Source: a virus
Lineage: Duplodnaviria > Caudoviricetes
Reading direction: 5' to 3' (one strand)
DNA length: 32,053 nt
Virus record (IMG/VR): IMGVR_UViG_3300022741_000066
Location: 1 to 32,053 of that record
Shown in pieces: positions 1 to 8,548 of the stretch; positions within the stretch are counted from its first letter, which is position 1, and each line of letters opens with the position of its first letter. The position numbers were made by a program, and so were the translations under genes. The notes below the pieces were generated by a model. The model was not told where the DNA came from. It searched no databases and saw only the letters and a program-made list of their open reading frames with translations.

Positions 1-1596
1 GGTGCCACCATCAGCCGGGGTGTCGACCAGGGCCGTCGGCGGTGCGGACGTCGGGGACGACGCGGTCGCAGACCAGGGCGACGGGTCGGCGTGCTCACCC
101 CACGTGCGTACCTGCCACTCGACCGCGGTCCCGTTGGCGTACGTCCCACCGGGCAGCGTCCACGACGACACCCCGGACCCGACCTTGCCGGTCGTCGTCC
201 ACGACGAGCCGCCCGCCGCACGGTGGTGCACCTCGAAGGCCGACTGCGCGGACGTGTCGACCGGGTTGTGCGTCCAGGACCACGTCACGTCGAGGTCGGC
301 ATCCCGGATGCTCGACGGCCCGAGCCCGCTCGGTGCGTTCGGCGGCGCGGCGAGCTGGACGACACCCGACTGCACGAACGCGGAGCCGAGCGATGGGGTC
401 GACACGGTCGCTCGGACCCGGTACTGCCACGTCGAGGTCGGCGACGGCGAGGTGTGCGTCCACGACGTCACCCCGGCCCCGACGTTGACCGCGTTGCCCC
501 ACGCGCCACCGTCCGCGCGCCGCTCGATCGTCGCCCCGGTCGCCGTGGTCGCCGCGTTGGTCCAGCGCACGATGATGTTCGCGCCGGACTTGGCCGCGGA
601 CACTCCCGTCGGTGCGGCGGGGGTCGTGTAGATCGCCGCGGACGCCGACGACACCGCCGACCACCCGGAGGCGTTCTGCGCCCGGAGCCGGTACTGGTAG
701 CGGCGGTCGGCGCGGGTGGACGTGTCGGTCCACGACTGCGAGCCCGTCGTGGAGTAGGTCCCCGAGATCGTCCCGACCGCGGCCCACGCGCCCGTGACGT
801 TGTCCCACCGCTGCACCTGCTGCGCCGTGTACGGGGCGGTCGACGTCGCCGCGCGCTGCCACGACACCGTGTGCGAGGTGTCCGACACGCGCGACACCGT
901 GACCGACGTCGGCGCGGCAGGCGCGGCCGGGGCGGTCGTGAAGGAAGTGGCAGGCGAGTACGCTCCCGGACCGGCGGCGTTCGTGCCACGGACGCGCGCA
1001 TAGTAGGTCGTCATCGGGTCGAGCCCCGTGACCGTCTGCGGCGTGCTGGCGCCAGCGTCGAAGACGTTGCCCGTGAACGACGGCGACTCGCTGACCTGCA
1101 GACGCCACGACGTGATCGGCGAACCGTTCGCCTGCGCCGTCGTGGACGTCCACGCCACACGCGCCGTCGACGCCGTGATCGCCGAGACCGTCGGAGCAGG
1201 CGACGGACCAGGCACGCCGATGCGCGCCGGGACCGTCACGTAGCCCGACAGCGACCGCGACGCCAACGCCTCGTAGCCCGAGATGCTGCCCGTGACGTCC
1301 ACGCGCACCGTCGAGCCGATGACCGTCGCCACCGAGCCCGTGCGCGACACCAGCAGCGTGCGACCACCCGACGACCCGTGCGACACCGACGCCCCGGCCG
1401 ACGCCGAGCCCAGGTCGCCCGAGATCGAGTTCGTGTTCGTCGAGTCCGACAGAGAGTTCTCGGTCTCGAGGTACAGGCGCGTCGTCAGGCTGACGGACGT
1501 CGCCGTGCCAGTCGCACCCGGATCCTCGATGTACAGCTCGAGCCGGTAGCGGCCGCCCGCGCCGTAGGAGTACCAGGACGAGTAGAAGGTCGCCAT
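1..1596 (-). CDS. Minor tail protein with fibronectin type III repeats (3' end runs off the window)
   Basis: ATG at 1596, 3 nt after the tape-measure stop. Manual translation MATFYSSWYSYGGGRYRLELYIE... is open to base 1 with FN3-like motifs (VTGLDPMTTYYARVRGTNAAG, YQYRLRAQNASG, WQYRVRA, WQVRTWG). It is absent from the ORF track because no stop lies in the window. Confidence 0.85.
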   Translation of the reverse strand, partial: MATFYSSWYSYGAGGRYRLELYIEDPGATGTATSVSLTTRLYLETENSLSDSTNTNSISGDLGSASAGASVSHGSSGGRTLLVSRTGSVATVIGSTVRVDVTGSISGYEALASRSLSGYVTVPARIGVPGPSPAPTVSAITASTARVAWTSTTAQANGSPITSWRLQVSESPSFTGNVFDAGASTPQTVTGLDPMTTYYARVRGTNAAGPGAYSPATSFTTAPAAPAAPTSVTVSRVSDTSHTVSWQRAATSTAPYTAQQVQRWDNVTGAWAAVGTISGTYSTTGSQSWTDTSTRADRRYQYRLRAQNASGWSAVSSASAAIYTTPAAPTGVSAAKSGANIIVRWTNAATTATGATIERRADGGAWGNAVNVGAGVTSWTHTSPSPTSTWQYRVRATVSTPSLGSAFVQSGVVQLAAPPNAPSGLGPSSIRDADLDVTWSWTHNPVDTSAQSAFEVHHRAAGGSSWTTTGKVGSGVSSWTLPGGTYANGTAVEWQVRTWGEHADPSPWSATASSPTSAPPTALVDTPADGGT

Positions 1597-1599
1597 GAA

Positions 1600-4500
1600 C
1601 TACACCCCCGCCTTCTGCCGCGCCAGACGCCGCACATCAGCCACCCACGCCTCGAGCTCGGCCATGGACCGCAGTCGCGACGGGTCGACCGTCACGCGGA
1701 TGTCGTAGGTGTCGCCCCGCCCGGCCGTCCGTGCGCCTGCGGGATTCGCCATCGGCGCCGGGACCGAGACCGCGGCGGCGGCGACACGCGCGTACCGTGC
1801 CGCGCCCGCCTCCCCACCGACGTCGTATCCGGACGCCAGCAACCGCCGCAGCTGGTACACCGCCCCCTGACCGCCCAGCCGGTTCACGTCCTCCACCGTC
1901 AGCACGTGCTCACCCGGCATCAGCATCGACAGGACCGAGTCCTTGCCCGGCACACCCCCGGTGACCGCACCGCCCGCGGCATTGAACTTCACGTTCGTCC
2001 CCGGGACCGAGTACGACGTGCCGCCCTTCGCGTCGACGAACATCCGGATCCGGCGCCCGTCGTTCAGCTTGATGAAGTCCGACACGACGCGCTGCGCGGC
2101 CGCGGCGTCCGCGACGAGCTTCGTGTACACCTGGTTCGGGATCAGCCCGTACGCCTTCGCGAGATCGCGGGCCTCCTGCTCGGTCTTGCCGAGCTTCTTC
2201 GCCATGTCGACGAACTGGGCGAGCTGCGCCTCCGTCGTGTCCTGCAGCTCCCGGCCCGTCGCGTTGTTCTTCTCCATCGCGTCGGTGACGGTCTGCCAGC
2301 GGCGCACCTGGTCGAGCAGCGCGGACTCAACGTCACGCGCCGCTGCGGCCTTCTCGTCGTCGGACGCCGTCGAGTCCTTCTGGACCTTCGTCGCACGCTG
2401 CGCCGTCTCGGTGAACCGCTGCAGGCCCTCCTCCGCCTGCAGCTGCGCCTCCCGAAGCGACAGGTTCGCGCCCGCCGCCTCACGCTTCGCGTCGATGTTG
2501 TCCTTCGTCGCAGACGTGTCGTCGCGGATCGCGCCGGTCTGGTCGGTCGTCGCATGCAGCCCGGCACGCTGCTCGTCGGTCCACGCCGCCTGCGCGGCCG
2601 CTACATCCTTCGACTGGACACCGAGCCGCTTCGCCAGGTCCGCGAGCCGCCCGTACTCCCCGCCCGCATCCGATGCCGCGACCTCAGACGCGTGGAGCCG
2701 CGCCTTCAGATCGTCGAACCCGCCCGGCTTGCTCAGCTGCGCGTCCGCGACGACGTACTCGCCGCGCAACGCCTCCGTCTGCGACTTGAGCCGAGCAGCC
2801 TGAGTCTCCGCGTCCGCGAGCGTCGCCGCGAACCGCTCGGCACCGGCCGACGACGGGTCGATCGCGAAGTCGACGACGTCGTCGAGCGCGACCCCGAGCT
2901 CCTTGGCCTTCTTGATCGTCCCGTCGTCGACGAGCGCCTTGTAGACCGTCGCCCGCGTGTTCTCGGTGATCGCACCGGTCGCCTCGTCCAGCGAGTCACG
3001 CAGATCATCGACCCGCGCCTTCGCCTCCGCCTGCTTCCCCGCGAAGTACCCCAGTGCCGTGGTGATCCCGGTGATCGCGAGACCGACCGGGTTCGAGATG
3101 AACGCGGCCTTCAACGCCGCCCCGACCGTCTTGATCCCAGTCGACGCGACGACACTCGCCGCCCCGATCGTCCCGATGGCTCGCGACGACGTCCCCGACA
3201 ACGCCGTCTGGATCCGCACCTGCTCGTTGAACGACGCGAACGCCGCCGACACTGGCTTGAACACCGCCGCGAGCCCGAGCGCCTTGAACGCGGTGAACGC
3301 CGTCACCGCCGCAAGTACCGGCGTCGGCAGACCGGCCACCCACGACACGACCTCAGCCAGGACCTCCACGACCGGGCCCGCCGCCGCGACGAACCCATCG
3401 AGTGCGGGACCGGCTTGCACGGCGAGCAGGTTCACCAGCGGCACGAACGCGTTCACCAGGTCGACCACCGACGGGGCGAGCGTCGTGATCGCAGACAGCA
3501 CGGAGTCCGCGAGGCTCACACCCATCTGCCCGAGCACCGGCACGAGCGGGGCGAGCGTGTCCAGCAGCGCCTGCCCGACACGACGCACCTCAGGGGACGT
3601 CGCACCGAACGCGACCAGCCCGGCCACGACCGGGTTCAGAGCGGGCAGGAACCGGCCGAGGACCGGGATCGACCCCGACCCCAACGCGAAGAACGACGCA
3701 CCGAGCCCGCTGACGAGCGGCGCGTAGTGCACGAGCTTGTCGATCTGCCCGTTGACCTTCGACAGGTCCCACCCGTTGATCGCCGACCGTGCCCGGTCCA
3801 GCGCGGGCGTGATCCGGTTCAACCCGGGACCGAGACGCACGAGCATGATGTCGACGAACGGCTTCGCCTTCTGCTCGAGCGCGCGCAGCAGGTCCGCGAC
3901 CTTGTTCGCCCACTCGACCGCCCGGCCGCCGCCCTTCGGGTCGACGAACGGCGCCGCCAGGACGCTGCCGATGTCACGCCACGCACCCTTGATGCGGTCC
4001 GTGGCACCGTCCATCTGCTGCTTGATCGCCGCGGTCGCACCACCGAACCGGTCCATCAGCCCGGTCACGAGCGGGTCCCACACCTTCGCGACGGGGATAC
4101 CCCCGGGCTTCGACGCGAGCTCGCGGATCTGCGCACCGGTCTTGCCCATCGCCTCGCCGACGATCCCGGCCGCGTCGATGCCGTACTGGCCGAGCTGGTT
4201 CAGGGTCTCCCCGGTGAGCTTGCCCTGCCCCTGCATCTGCGCGAGCGCGTAGGTGACCTGTGCGACCTGGTCGTTCGACCCGCCGACCGCGGCGACCGCG
4301 TTCTGGATCGCGTCGAGCGCGGGGATGACCTTCTTCGCCTCCACACCGAACCCGAGCAGCTGCTGCTGCGCGGTGATGAAGACCTGCTTCGCGAACGGGG
4401 ACGTCTTGGCGAACGCGTCGAGCTTGTCCATCTGCGCGTTCGCCTTCTCGGCGCCGCCGAGCAGCGTGGACAGCGCGGCACGGGACGACTGCTGCAAACG

Positions 4501-4710
4501 ATTGTAGTCGTAGCCGACCTTCCCGACCGCGATCCCCAGCCCGCCGAGGGTCGTGACCGCCGTCGAGAACGCACCTGCGACAGCCCTCGCGGTCGTCCCG
4601 GCCGCCGACGCCAGACCCGACAGCTTCTGCCCCGACGTCGACATGCCACGGTCGAAGCCGCTGCTGTCGAGCGTCAGGAACGCGGTCAGCTCGCCGACCT
4701 TCAGTCCCAT
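1600..4710 (-). CDS. Tape measure protein
   Basis: 1036 aa, Ala-rich and helical; N-terminus MGLKVGELTAFLTLD; tape-measure domain (FAKTSPF...LAQMQGQGKLTGETLNQL); C-terminal GGAVTGG..GKDSV...LMPGEHVL; follows the chaperones. Confidence 0.95.
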   Translation of the reverse strand: MGLKVGELTAFLTLDSSGFDRGMSTSGQKLSGLASAAGTTARAVAGAFSTAVTTLGGLGIAVGKVGYDYNRLQQSSRAALSTLLGGAEKANAQMDKLDAFAKTSPFAKQVFITAQQQLLGFGVEAKKVIPALDAIQNAVAAVGGSNDQVAQVTYALAQMQGQGKLTGETLNQLGQYGIDAAGIVGEAMGKTGAQIRELASKPGGIPVAKVWDPLVTGLMDRFGGATAAIKQQMDGATDRIKGAWRDIGSVLAAPFVDPKGGGRAVEWANKVADLLRALEQKAKPFVDIMLVRLGPGLNRITPALDRARSAINGWDLSKVNGQIDKLVHYAPLVSGLGASFFALGSGSIPVLGRFLPALNPVVAGLVAFGATSPEVRRVGQALLDTLAPLVPVLGQMGVSLADSVLSAITTLAPSVVDLVNAFVPLVNLLAVQAGPALDGFVAAAGPVVEVLAEVVSWVAGLPTPVLAAVTAFTAFKALGLAAVFKPVSAAFASFNEQVRIQTALSGTSSRAIGTIGAASVVASTGIKTVGAALKAAFISNPVGLAITGITTALGYFAGKQAEAKARVDDLRDSLDEATGAITENTRATVYKALVDDGTIKKAKELGVALDDVVDFAIDPSSAGAERFAATLADAETQAARLKSQTEALRGEYVVADAQLSKPGGFDDLKARLHASEVAASDAGGEYGRLADLAKRLGVQSKDVAAAQAAWTDEQRAGLHATTDQTGAIRDDTSATKDNIDAKREAAGANLSLREAQLQAEEGLQRFTETAQRATKVQKDSTASDDEKAAAARDVESALLDQVRRWQTVTDAMEKNNATGRELQDTTEAQLAQFVDMAKKLGKTEQEARDLAKAYGLIPNQVYTKLVADAAAAQRVVSDFIKLNDGRRIRMFVDAKGGTSYSVPGTNVKFNAAGGAVTGGVPGKDSVLSMLMPGEHVLTVEDVNRLGGQGAVYQLRRLLASGYDVGGEAGAARYARVAAAAVSVPAPMANPAGARTAGRGDTYDIRVTVDPSRLRSMAELEAWVADVRRLARQKAGV

Positions 4711-4714
4711 ACGG

Positions 4715-5430
4715 TCACCCCTCTCGCGGCAGCGGACCGTTCAGGTCCCGGGACAGTGCCGACTCCGGCACGGTGAGCAGCCCGAGGATCCGGGCACGCA
4801 GCCACGGCCACGGCCGGGCACGGGTCGTCGGGTCTCCCAGGTCGACCCCGTAGAAGCGGTGCAGGTCGATCTCGATCAGGTGCCAGCGGTCGAGGAGCTG
4901 TCGCCACGAGACCCGGCGTCCTTGCTGCTCGCGCGCGGGCCGGTGTTTCGGGCGGAGCGCGGGCGGGACTCGCCGGTACGCGGGGTAGATGCCGTTCGCG
5001 TCGGGCGTTCCGATGCCGTACTGGGCCCACTCGACGGGGCCTGCGGTTCCCCCGAGGCACCACCACCGGCACCGTGCAGCGCGTCGAACAGGTCATCCGC
5101 GGCGGCCTCACCGAGGACGTGCAGGTACAGGGCGTACTGGGCGGCCCGCTCGACGTGCGGTGCAGGGACACGCGCGGCGAGCATCGCCTCGTACGTGTCA
5201 TCGCCGAGCGCGAGACGCTGCAGCCCCTCGGGCCCGTTGATGCCGTCGAGCAGCTCGAGCACCTCGGGGCTCGGCTGCTCTGAGGCCCCCGCCATGAGCT
5301 GCATGCCCGACGCGACGATCGCGGCGAGCTTCAGCCCCGATGCCTGGTCGGGTGGGGTCAGCGTGAACGTCCCCCACTGGCCGAGGGTGATCGTGTGGTC
5401 GGGGGCGAGGTAGGCGGTCAGGTCCTTCAT
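4715..5430 (-). CDS. Tail assembly chaperone, long (GT) form via -1 programmed frameshift
   Basis: Slippery GGGGGAA at 5053-5047 (TCG GGG GAA). The -1 frame reads GTAGPVEWAQYGIGTPDANGIYPAYRR...VSWRQLLDRWHLIEIDLHRFYGVDLGD...PWPWLRARILGLL...* (stop 4717-4715) and has no start of its own. Confidence 0.85.
4876..5430 (-). CDS. Tail assembly chaperone, short (G) form
   Basis: AGGAGG RBS then ATG at 5430 (MKDLTAYLAPDH...); lies between the tail tube and tape-measure genes. Confidence 0.85.
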   Translation of the reverse strand: MKDLTAYLAPDHTITLGQWGTFTLTPPDQASGLKLAAIVASGMQLMAGASEQPSPEVLELLDGINGPEGLQRLALGDDTYEAMLAARVPAPHVERAAQYALYLHVLGEAAADDLFDALHGAGGGASGEPQAPSSGPSTASERPTRTASTPRTGESRPRSARNTGPRASSKDAGSRGDSSSTAGT

Positions 5431-5455
5431 CGGTGATCCTCCTGGTGCGAGAGGA

Positions 5456-5493
5456 CCGTGCGGGGGCAGGTGCACCTACCCGCCCCCGCACGG
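5456..5493 (-). terminator. GC-rich hairpin after the major tail gene (terminator or mRNA stabiliser)
   Basis: CCGTGCGGGGGC (5456-5467) / GCCCCCGCACGG (5482-5493), a 12-bp inverted repeat; no U-tract. Confidence 0.55.
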
Positions 5494-5507
5494 GGTCAGG
5501 GAACGGG

Positions 5508-6236
5508 TCAGGCGCCGCGCGAGTACGGGAACGCGGTCGACGTCCCGGCGGGGCTGGTGACGACGATGTCGGCCTGCCGGGGTGCGTCCTCGTCGGCGGG
5601 CACCACCAGGACGATCACCGAGTCGCCGATGACGGTCAGGTCGTCGACGTCGACACCGCCGAGGGTGACGCCCGTCGCGGCCGCGAACCCGGAGCCGCGG
5701 ACGGTGACCTGCTCGCCCTCGGCGGCACCCGACGGCAGGGCGCTCGTGACGACCGGGGCCGCGGTACCGGGCGTGCCGGGGTTCGCGATGACCTGGACGG
5801 GGCCGGCGGACGTCGCGGTGATCGCCCATCCACCGGTCTCGGCGTTGCCGGTGTTCTGCCGGTCGGCCTGCACGGTGAAGTGCCCCTCACGGGCGTACGC
5901 CGCACCCTCGGAGTCGTAGTACCGCAGGTGGACCTGACCGTCCTTCCCGCGGATGCCGGGTGCGGCGGCGTCGATGAGCTTCTGCAGCTCGGGCAGGTAC
6001 GTGCCGTCGACGTTCCGCTGGACCTGGACGGTGAAGCCGAGCGTGTCGGCCTCGCCGACGCGGACCTGGTTCGCCGCGCCGCGGTCGTCGTAGGTTGCGG
6101 CGTCGAGCATCGTCGGCGTCGACTGCGGGGCGACCGCGGACGAGAAGCGGATCTGCTGCCAGTTCGGGACGTCGCTCGCGGGGAAGTCGAGGTCGATGTC
6201 GATGACGAGCTCGTACGAGAAGCCGAGGTCGGTCAT
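5508..6236 (-). CDS. Major tail (tube) protein with C-terminal IPT/TIG Ig-like domain
   Basis: GGAGG RBS, ATG at 6236 overlapping the previous stop (MTDLGFSYELVIDID...). C-terminal PVVTSALPSGAAEGEQVTVRGSGF...DIVVTSPAGTS is IPT/TIG-like. Confidence 0.88.
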   Translation of the reverse strand: MTDLGFSYELVIDIDLDFPASDVPNWQQIRFSSAVAPQSTPTMLDAATYDDRGAANQVRVGEADTLGFTVQVQRNVDGTYLPELQKLIDAAAPGIRGKDGQVHLRYYDSEGAAYAREGHFTVQADRQNTGNAETGGWAITATSAGPVQVIANPGTPGTAAPVVTSALPSGAAEGEQVTVRGSGFAAATGVTLGGVDVDDLTVIGDSVIVLVVPADEDAPRQADIVVTSPAGTSTAFPYSRGA

Positions 6237-6655
6237 GGTGATGCCTCCAGGGGCGTGTTGAGGATGATCTCGAAGTTGTCGGTCCGCTCCTGGCGGCCGT
6301 TGTCGTCGGCGCCCAGGCGGGCGGACGAGATCCTGCGGGCCCGCGCGACACCGTCTCGGTGGTGCACCCCGTGCAGCGCCGCGAACCCTGCAGACGCGAG
6401 CACGTCCGCACCTGCAGGGACTCCCGGCGCGCCGCGGTAGCGGACCTGCACGTACCGCACGGTGATGCCCGTGCTGACGGGGTCGTCGGCCGAGTAGACG
6501 GCGACCCCCACACCCCGGTCGGGGGCGGCGGCGATCGGCCCGTAGTAGATCCCGACCTCCGACGTGGTGTACGACGGGCCGCCCGGTCGCCACGCGCCGA
6601 CACCGGCGGCCGCGAGCCACGATGCGATGAGGCGGGTCAGGGTGGCGTCGTCCAT
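6233..6655 (-). CDS. Tail terminator / minor capsid-family protein
   Basis: 140 aa; VQVRYRG and LGADDNGRQERTDNF motifs; position before the tail tube gene. Confidence 0.8.
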   Translation of the reverse strand: MDDATLTRLIASWLAAAGVGAWRPGGPSYTTSEVGIYYGPIAAAPDRGVGVAVYSADDPVSTGITVRYVQVRYRGAPGVPAGADVLASAGFAALHGVHHRDGVARARRISSARLGADDNGRQERTDNFEIILNTPLEASP

Positions 6656-7005
6656 CAGGCACCTCCGAGGGCACGCCGTAGCGCGGTCGCGATGATCGCC
6701 TGCGCTTCACCTGCGGTGTCGTCGAGTGCGGACTCGAGGAACTTCGCCTGCCCGTGACGGTGCCGGTAGGTCAGGTCCTCGTGCTGGCGGGCGGCGTACG
6801 GCAGGTCGGTCGAGACGGTCGCGACGAGCTCGCTCGTCGTGGCGGGTCCGACGAGCTGCGACGAGCGCAGGTCACCGACGTCGAGGGGGGTGCGTGCGAC
6901 CGACACTGCGCGCACGCGTTCGGCGGCGGCGGTGAGGCCGGTCGCGGCCGCGGCGCGCACAGCGGCTGCGACCGGCTGCCCTTGCCAGGTGACCTTGACG
7001 TCCAC
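6655..7005 (-). CDS. HK97 gp10-like neck/tail-completion protein
   Basis: 116 aa; TPLDVGDLRSS, PYAARQHE and GQAKFLE motifs; synteny. Confidence 0.8.
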   Translation of the reverse strand: MDVKVTWQGQPVAAAVRAAAATGLTAAAERVRAVSVARTPLDVGDLRSSQLVGPATTSELVATVSTDLPYAARQHEDLTYRHRHGQAKFLESALDDTAGEAQAIIATALRRALGGA

Positions 7006-7018
7006 GGTGCCCTCGCTC

Positions 7019-7333
7019 TCAGGTGAGGTTCGCGACGACGTGGCTGGGCAGCGCGAGCGGCCCGCCGTCGAGGTCGGCGCACGTGATCACCGTGGCGGCC
7101 CGGGTGGGCAGCGTGACCCTCGCCCCGGGCGCCAGTGCGGTGGTGCCTGCGGGGGCGTACACGGTGGTCTCCGACACAACCTCGCGCCCGTCAGGTCCCC
7201 GGACGAGTCGCCGCGTGTCCTCGACGAAGCAGCGCACATCGACGGCGGACGCGTACACGTCGCCCTCCCCACCGGACCCGATGAGCTGCTCGACGCTGAT
7301 CGTGTGCACGAAGAAGTCCTCGAGGGTGCTCAT
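7019..7333 (-). CDS. Head-closure (stopper) protein
   Basis: ATGA-coupled to the adaptor stop; MSTLEDFFVHTISVE...RRLVRGPDGREVVSETTVY; synteny. Confidence 0.75.
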   Translation of the reverse strand: MSTLEDFFVHTISVEQLIGSGGEGDVYASAVDVRCFVEDTRRLVRGPDGREVVSETTVYAPAGTTALAPGARVTLPTRAATVITCADLDGGPLALPSHVVANLT

Positions 7334-7761
7334 CCGTGCACACCGACCTCGGAGGGCACCAGGCCGGCCGCAGCGAGGATCAGCAGAGCCTCCTGGCACA
7401 GACGGGTCGCGGCGGCAGACCGGGCGCTCATCGCGGTGACAGACGCGGCAGCGGCAGTGTCGTACTCGACGCGTGCCGTCCCCAGCGCCTTCGCCCTCGT
7501 CGGAGCAGCCTGCAGCTGCACACCTCCGGCGGCAGGGTCGACGTCGGCCGCGACCCACGCGGCGACCTGTGCGCACGTCGCATCCCGGAACGCCGCCCAG
7601 GCGAAGTCCTGGGAGGGTGCGCCGTCGTCGTCGGTGTCGTAGATCGCGGTGAGGGTAGCGCGTCGCACGAGCGCGGACGCGGCCCGCAGCAGGGCTCCGG
7701 TGTTGGCGGGGGCGGGATTGACCCACCCGGTGAGGTCGTCCGTGGTGGCGTAGACGAGCAT
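7330..7761 (-). CDS. Head-to-tail adaptor (SPP1 gp15 / HK97 gp6-like)
   Basis: GAGGAGG RBS, ATG at 7761; MLVYATTDDL...LLRAASALV...RDATCAQV is typical of actinophage adaptors. Confidence 0.8.
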   Translation of the reverse strand: MLVYATTDDLTGWVNPAPANTGALLRAASALVRRATLTAIYDTDDDGAPSQDFAWAAFRDATCAQVAAWVAADVDPAAGGVQLQAAPTRAKALGTARVEYDTAAAASVTAMSARSAAATRLCQEALLILAAAGLVPSEVGVHG

Positions 7762-7783
7762 GACGGCCTCCTCGAGGTGGGGT

Positions 7784-7930
7784 GGCGGCTGGGGCGCAGG
7801 TCGACCGTGCAAGGGGCAGAAAGGACGTGACGGCCAGACGTGGCGTTACCCGCCACGGACCCCTCAGTTCGCCTTCACCGCAGGTGTTCCTACGTGGGCC
7901 GTCTTTCGCGGTGTTGACGCCTCAGCCGCC
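7784..7930 (-). ncRNA. Putative structured non-coding RNA (multi-stem, possible pseudoknot)
   Basis: Intergenic. Closing stem 7930-7918/7796-7784; GACGGCC/GGCCGTC (7903-7897/7835-7829) encloses two hairpins (7896-7876 and 7857-7839); GAGGGG/CCCCTT could form a pseudoknot. Strand is inferred from the operon. Confidence 0.6.
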
Positions 7931-7932
7931 GA

Positions 7933-7967
7933 GACCCGCCGCCGGTGTGCGGGCACGGCGGCGGGTC
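7933..7967 (-). terminator. Hairpin after the capsid-associated gene
   Basis: GACCCGCCGCCG / CGGCGGCGGGTC, a 12-bp inverted repeat 7 nt after the stop at 7975. Confidence 0.55.
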
Positions 7968-7974
7968 GTACGGG

Positions 7975-8271
7975 TCAGGCCGGCGGGGCCTGCGCGGCGG
8001 TGATCGCCGCGACGATGTCGGCCTTGTTCGACGCGGACCCGAGGTCGACGTCGTAGGCCTTCGCGAACGCCTTCAACTCGGCGCTCTTCCACGCCTCGCT
8101 CGGTGCACCGTCGGGGAACGGAGCCTTCGGCTCGGCGTCGACCGTGTACCCGTGCCGCTCGAAGTACGCGAGCGCGGCCCTGTCGTCGGTCTCGCCGACG
8201 CCGTCCGCGAACGTGACGCCTGCGACGACCCCAGTGAAGCCCTTCACGGGGGTGTGGATCTTCGGTGCCAT
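7975..8271 (-). CDS. Small capsid-region protein with a C-terminal HeH/LEM/Rho-N-like helical motif
   Basis: CAGGAG RBS, ATG at 8271; MAPKIHTPVKGFTG...PSEAWKSAELKAFAKAYDVDLGSASNKADIVAAI. Confidence 0.75.
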   Translation of the reverse strand: MAPKIHTPVKGFTGVVAGVTFADGVGETDDRAALAYFERHGYTVDAEPKAPFPDGAPSEAWKSAELKAFAKAYDVDLGSASNKADIVAAITAAQAPPA

Positions 8272-8287
8272 GGTGTGCTCCTGGTGC

Positions 8288-8482
8288 TCAGGTGTCCTTG
8301 CGGACGATGGACTCCCACCAGCGGAAGGTCGCGACGACCGCACCGTCCTTCCACGCCTGCAGCGACCCGTCGGGGCCGTCGTAGTCGAGGTGGTCGGCCT
8401 GCACGGTCTTCGACTTGTCGCCGCCGGTGGAGATGACGTACGTGCCGGGCTCGGACAGCCCGGTCGGGATGGAGCCGTACAC
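8288..8482 (-). CDS. Hypothetical protein (64 aa)
   Basis: CAGGAG RBS before the GTG; fills the gap between capsid and the next gene; GC-ending codons. Confidence 0.7.
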   Translation of the reverse strand: MYGSIPTGLSEPGTYVISTGGDKSKTVQADHLDYDGPDGSLQAWKDGAVVATFRWWESIVRKDT

Positions 8483-8509
8483 GGTTGCGCTCCTGTCAGG
8501 TGCGGGACG

Positions 8510-8544
8510 CGGCCCGGGCGCACATCACCTGTGCGCCCGGGCCG
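8510..8544 (-). terminator. Hairpin after the major capsid gene
   Basis: Perfect 15-bp stem CGGCCCGGGCGCACA / TGTGCGCCCGGGCCG with a 5-nt loop, 4 nt after the capsid stop. Confidence 0.65.
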
Positions 8545-8548
8545 GGCG

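Noticed and set aside
91-4776. 1561-aa plus-strand ORF, and similar long ORFs (8144-9565, 11033-13075, 25786-28335, and 30053-31996 on minus)
   Set aside because: Arg/Val/Gly-rich antisense shadows of real genes, expected at this GC content; no motifs.
7900-7926. Hammerhead ribozyme core (CTGAGG...CGAAA)
   Set aside because: Does not match CUGANGA, and the three-stem geometry does not fit.
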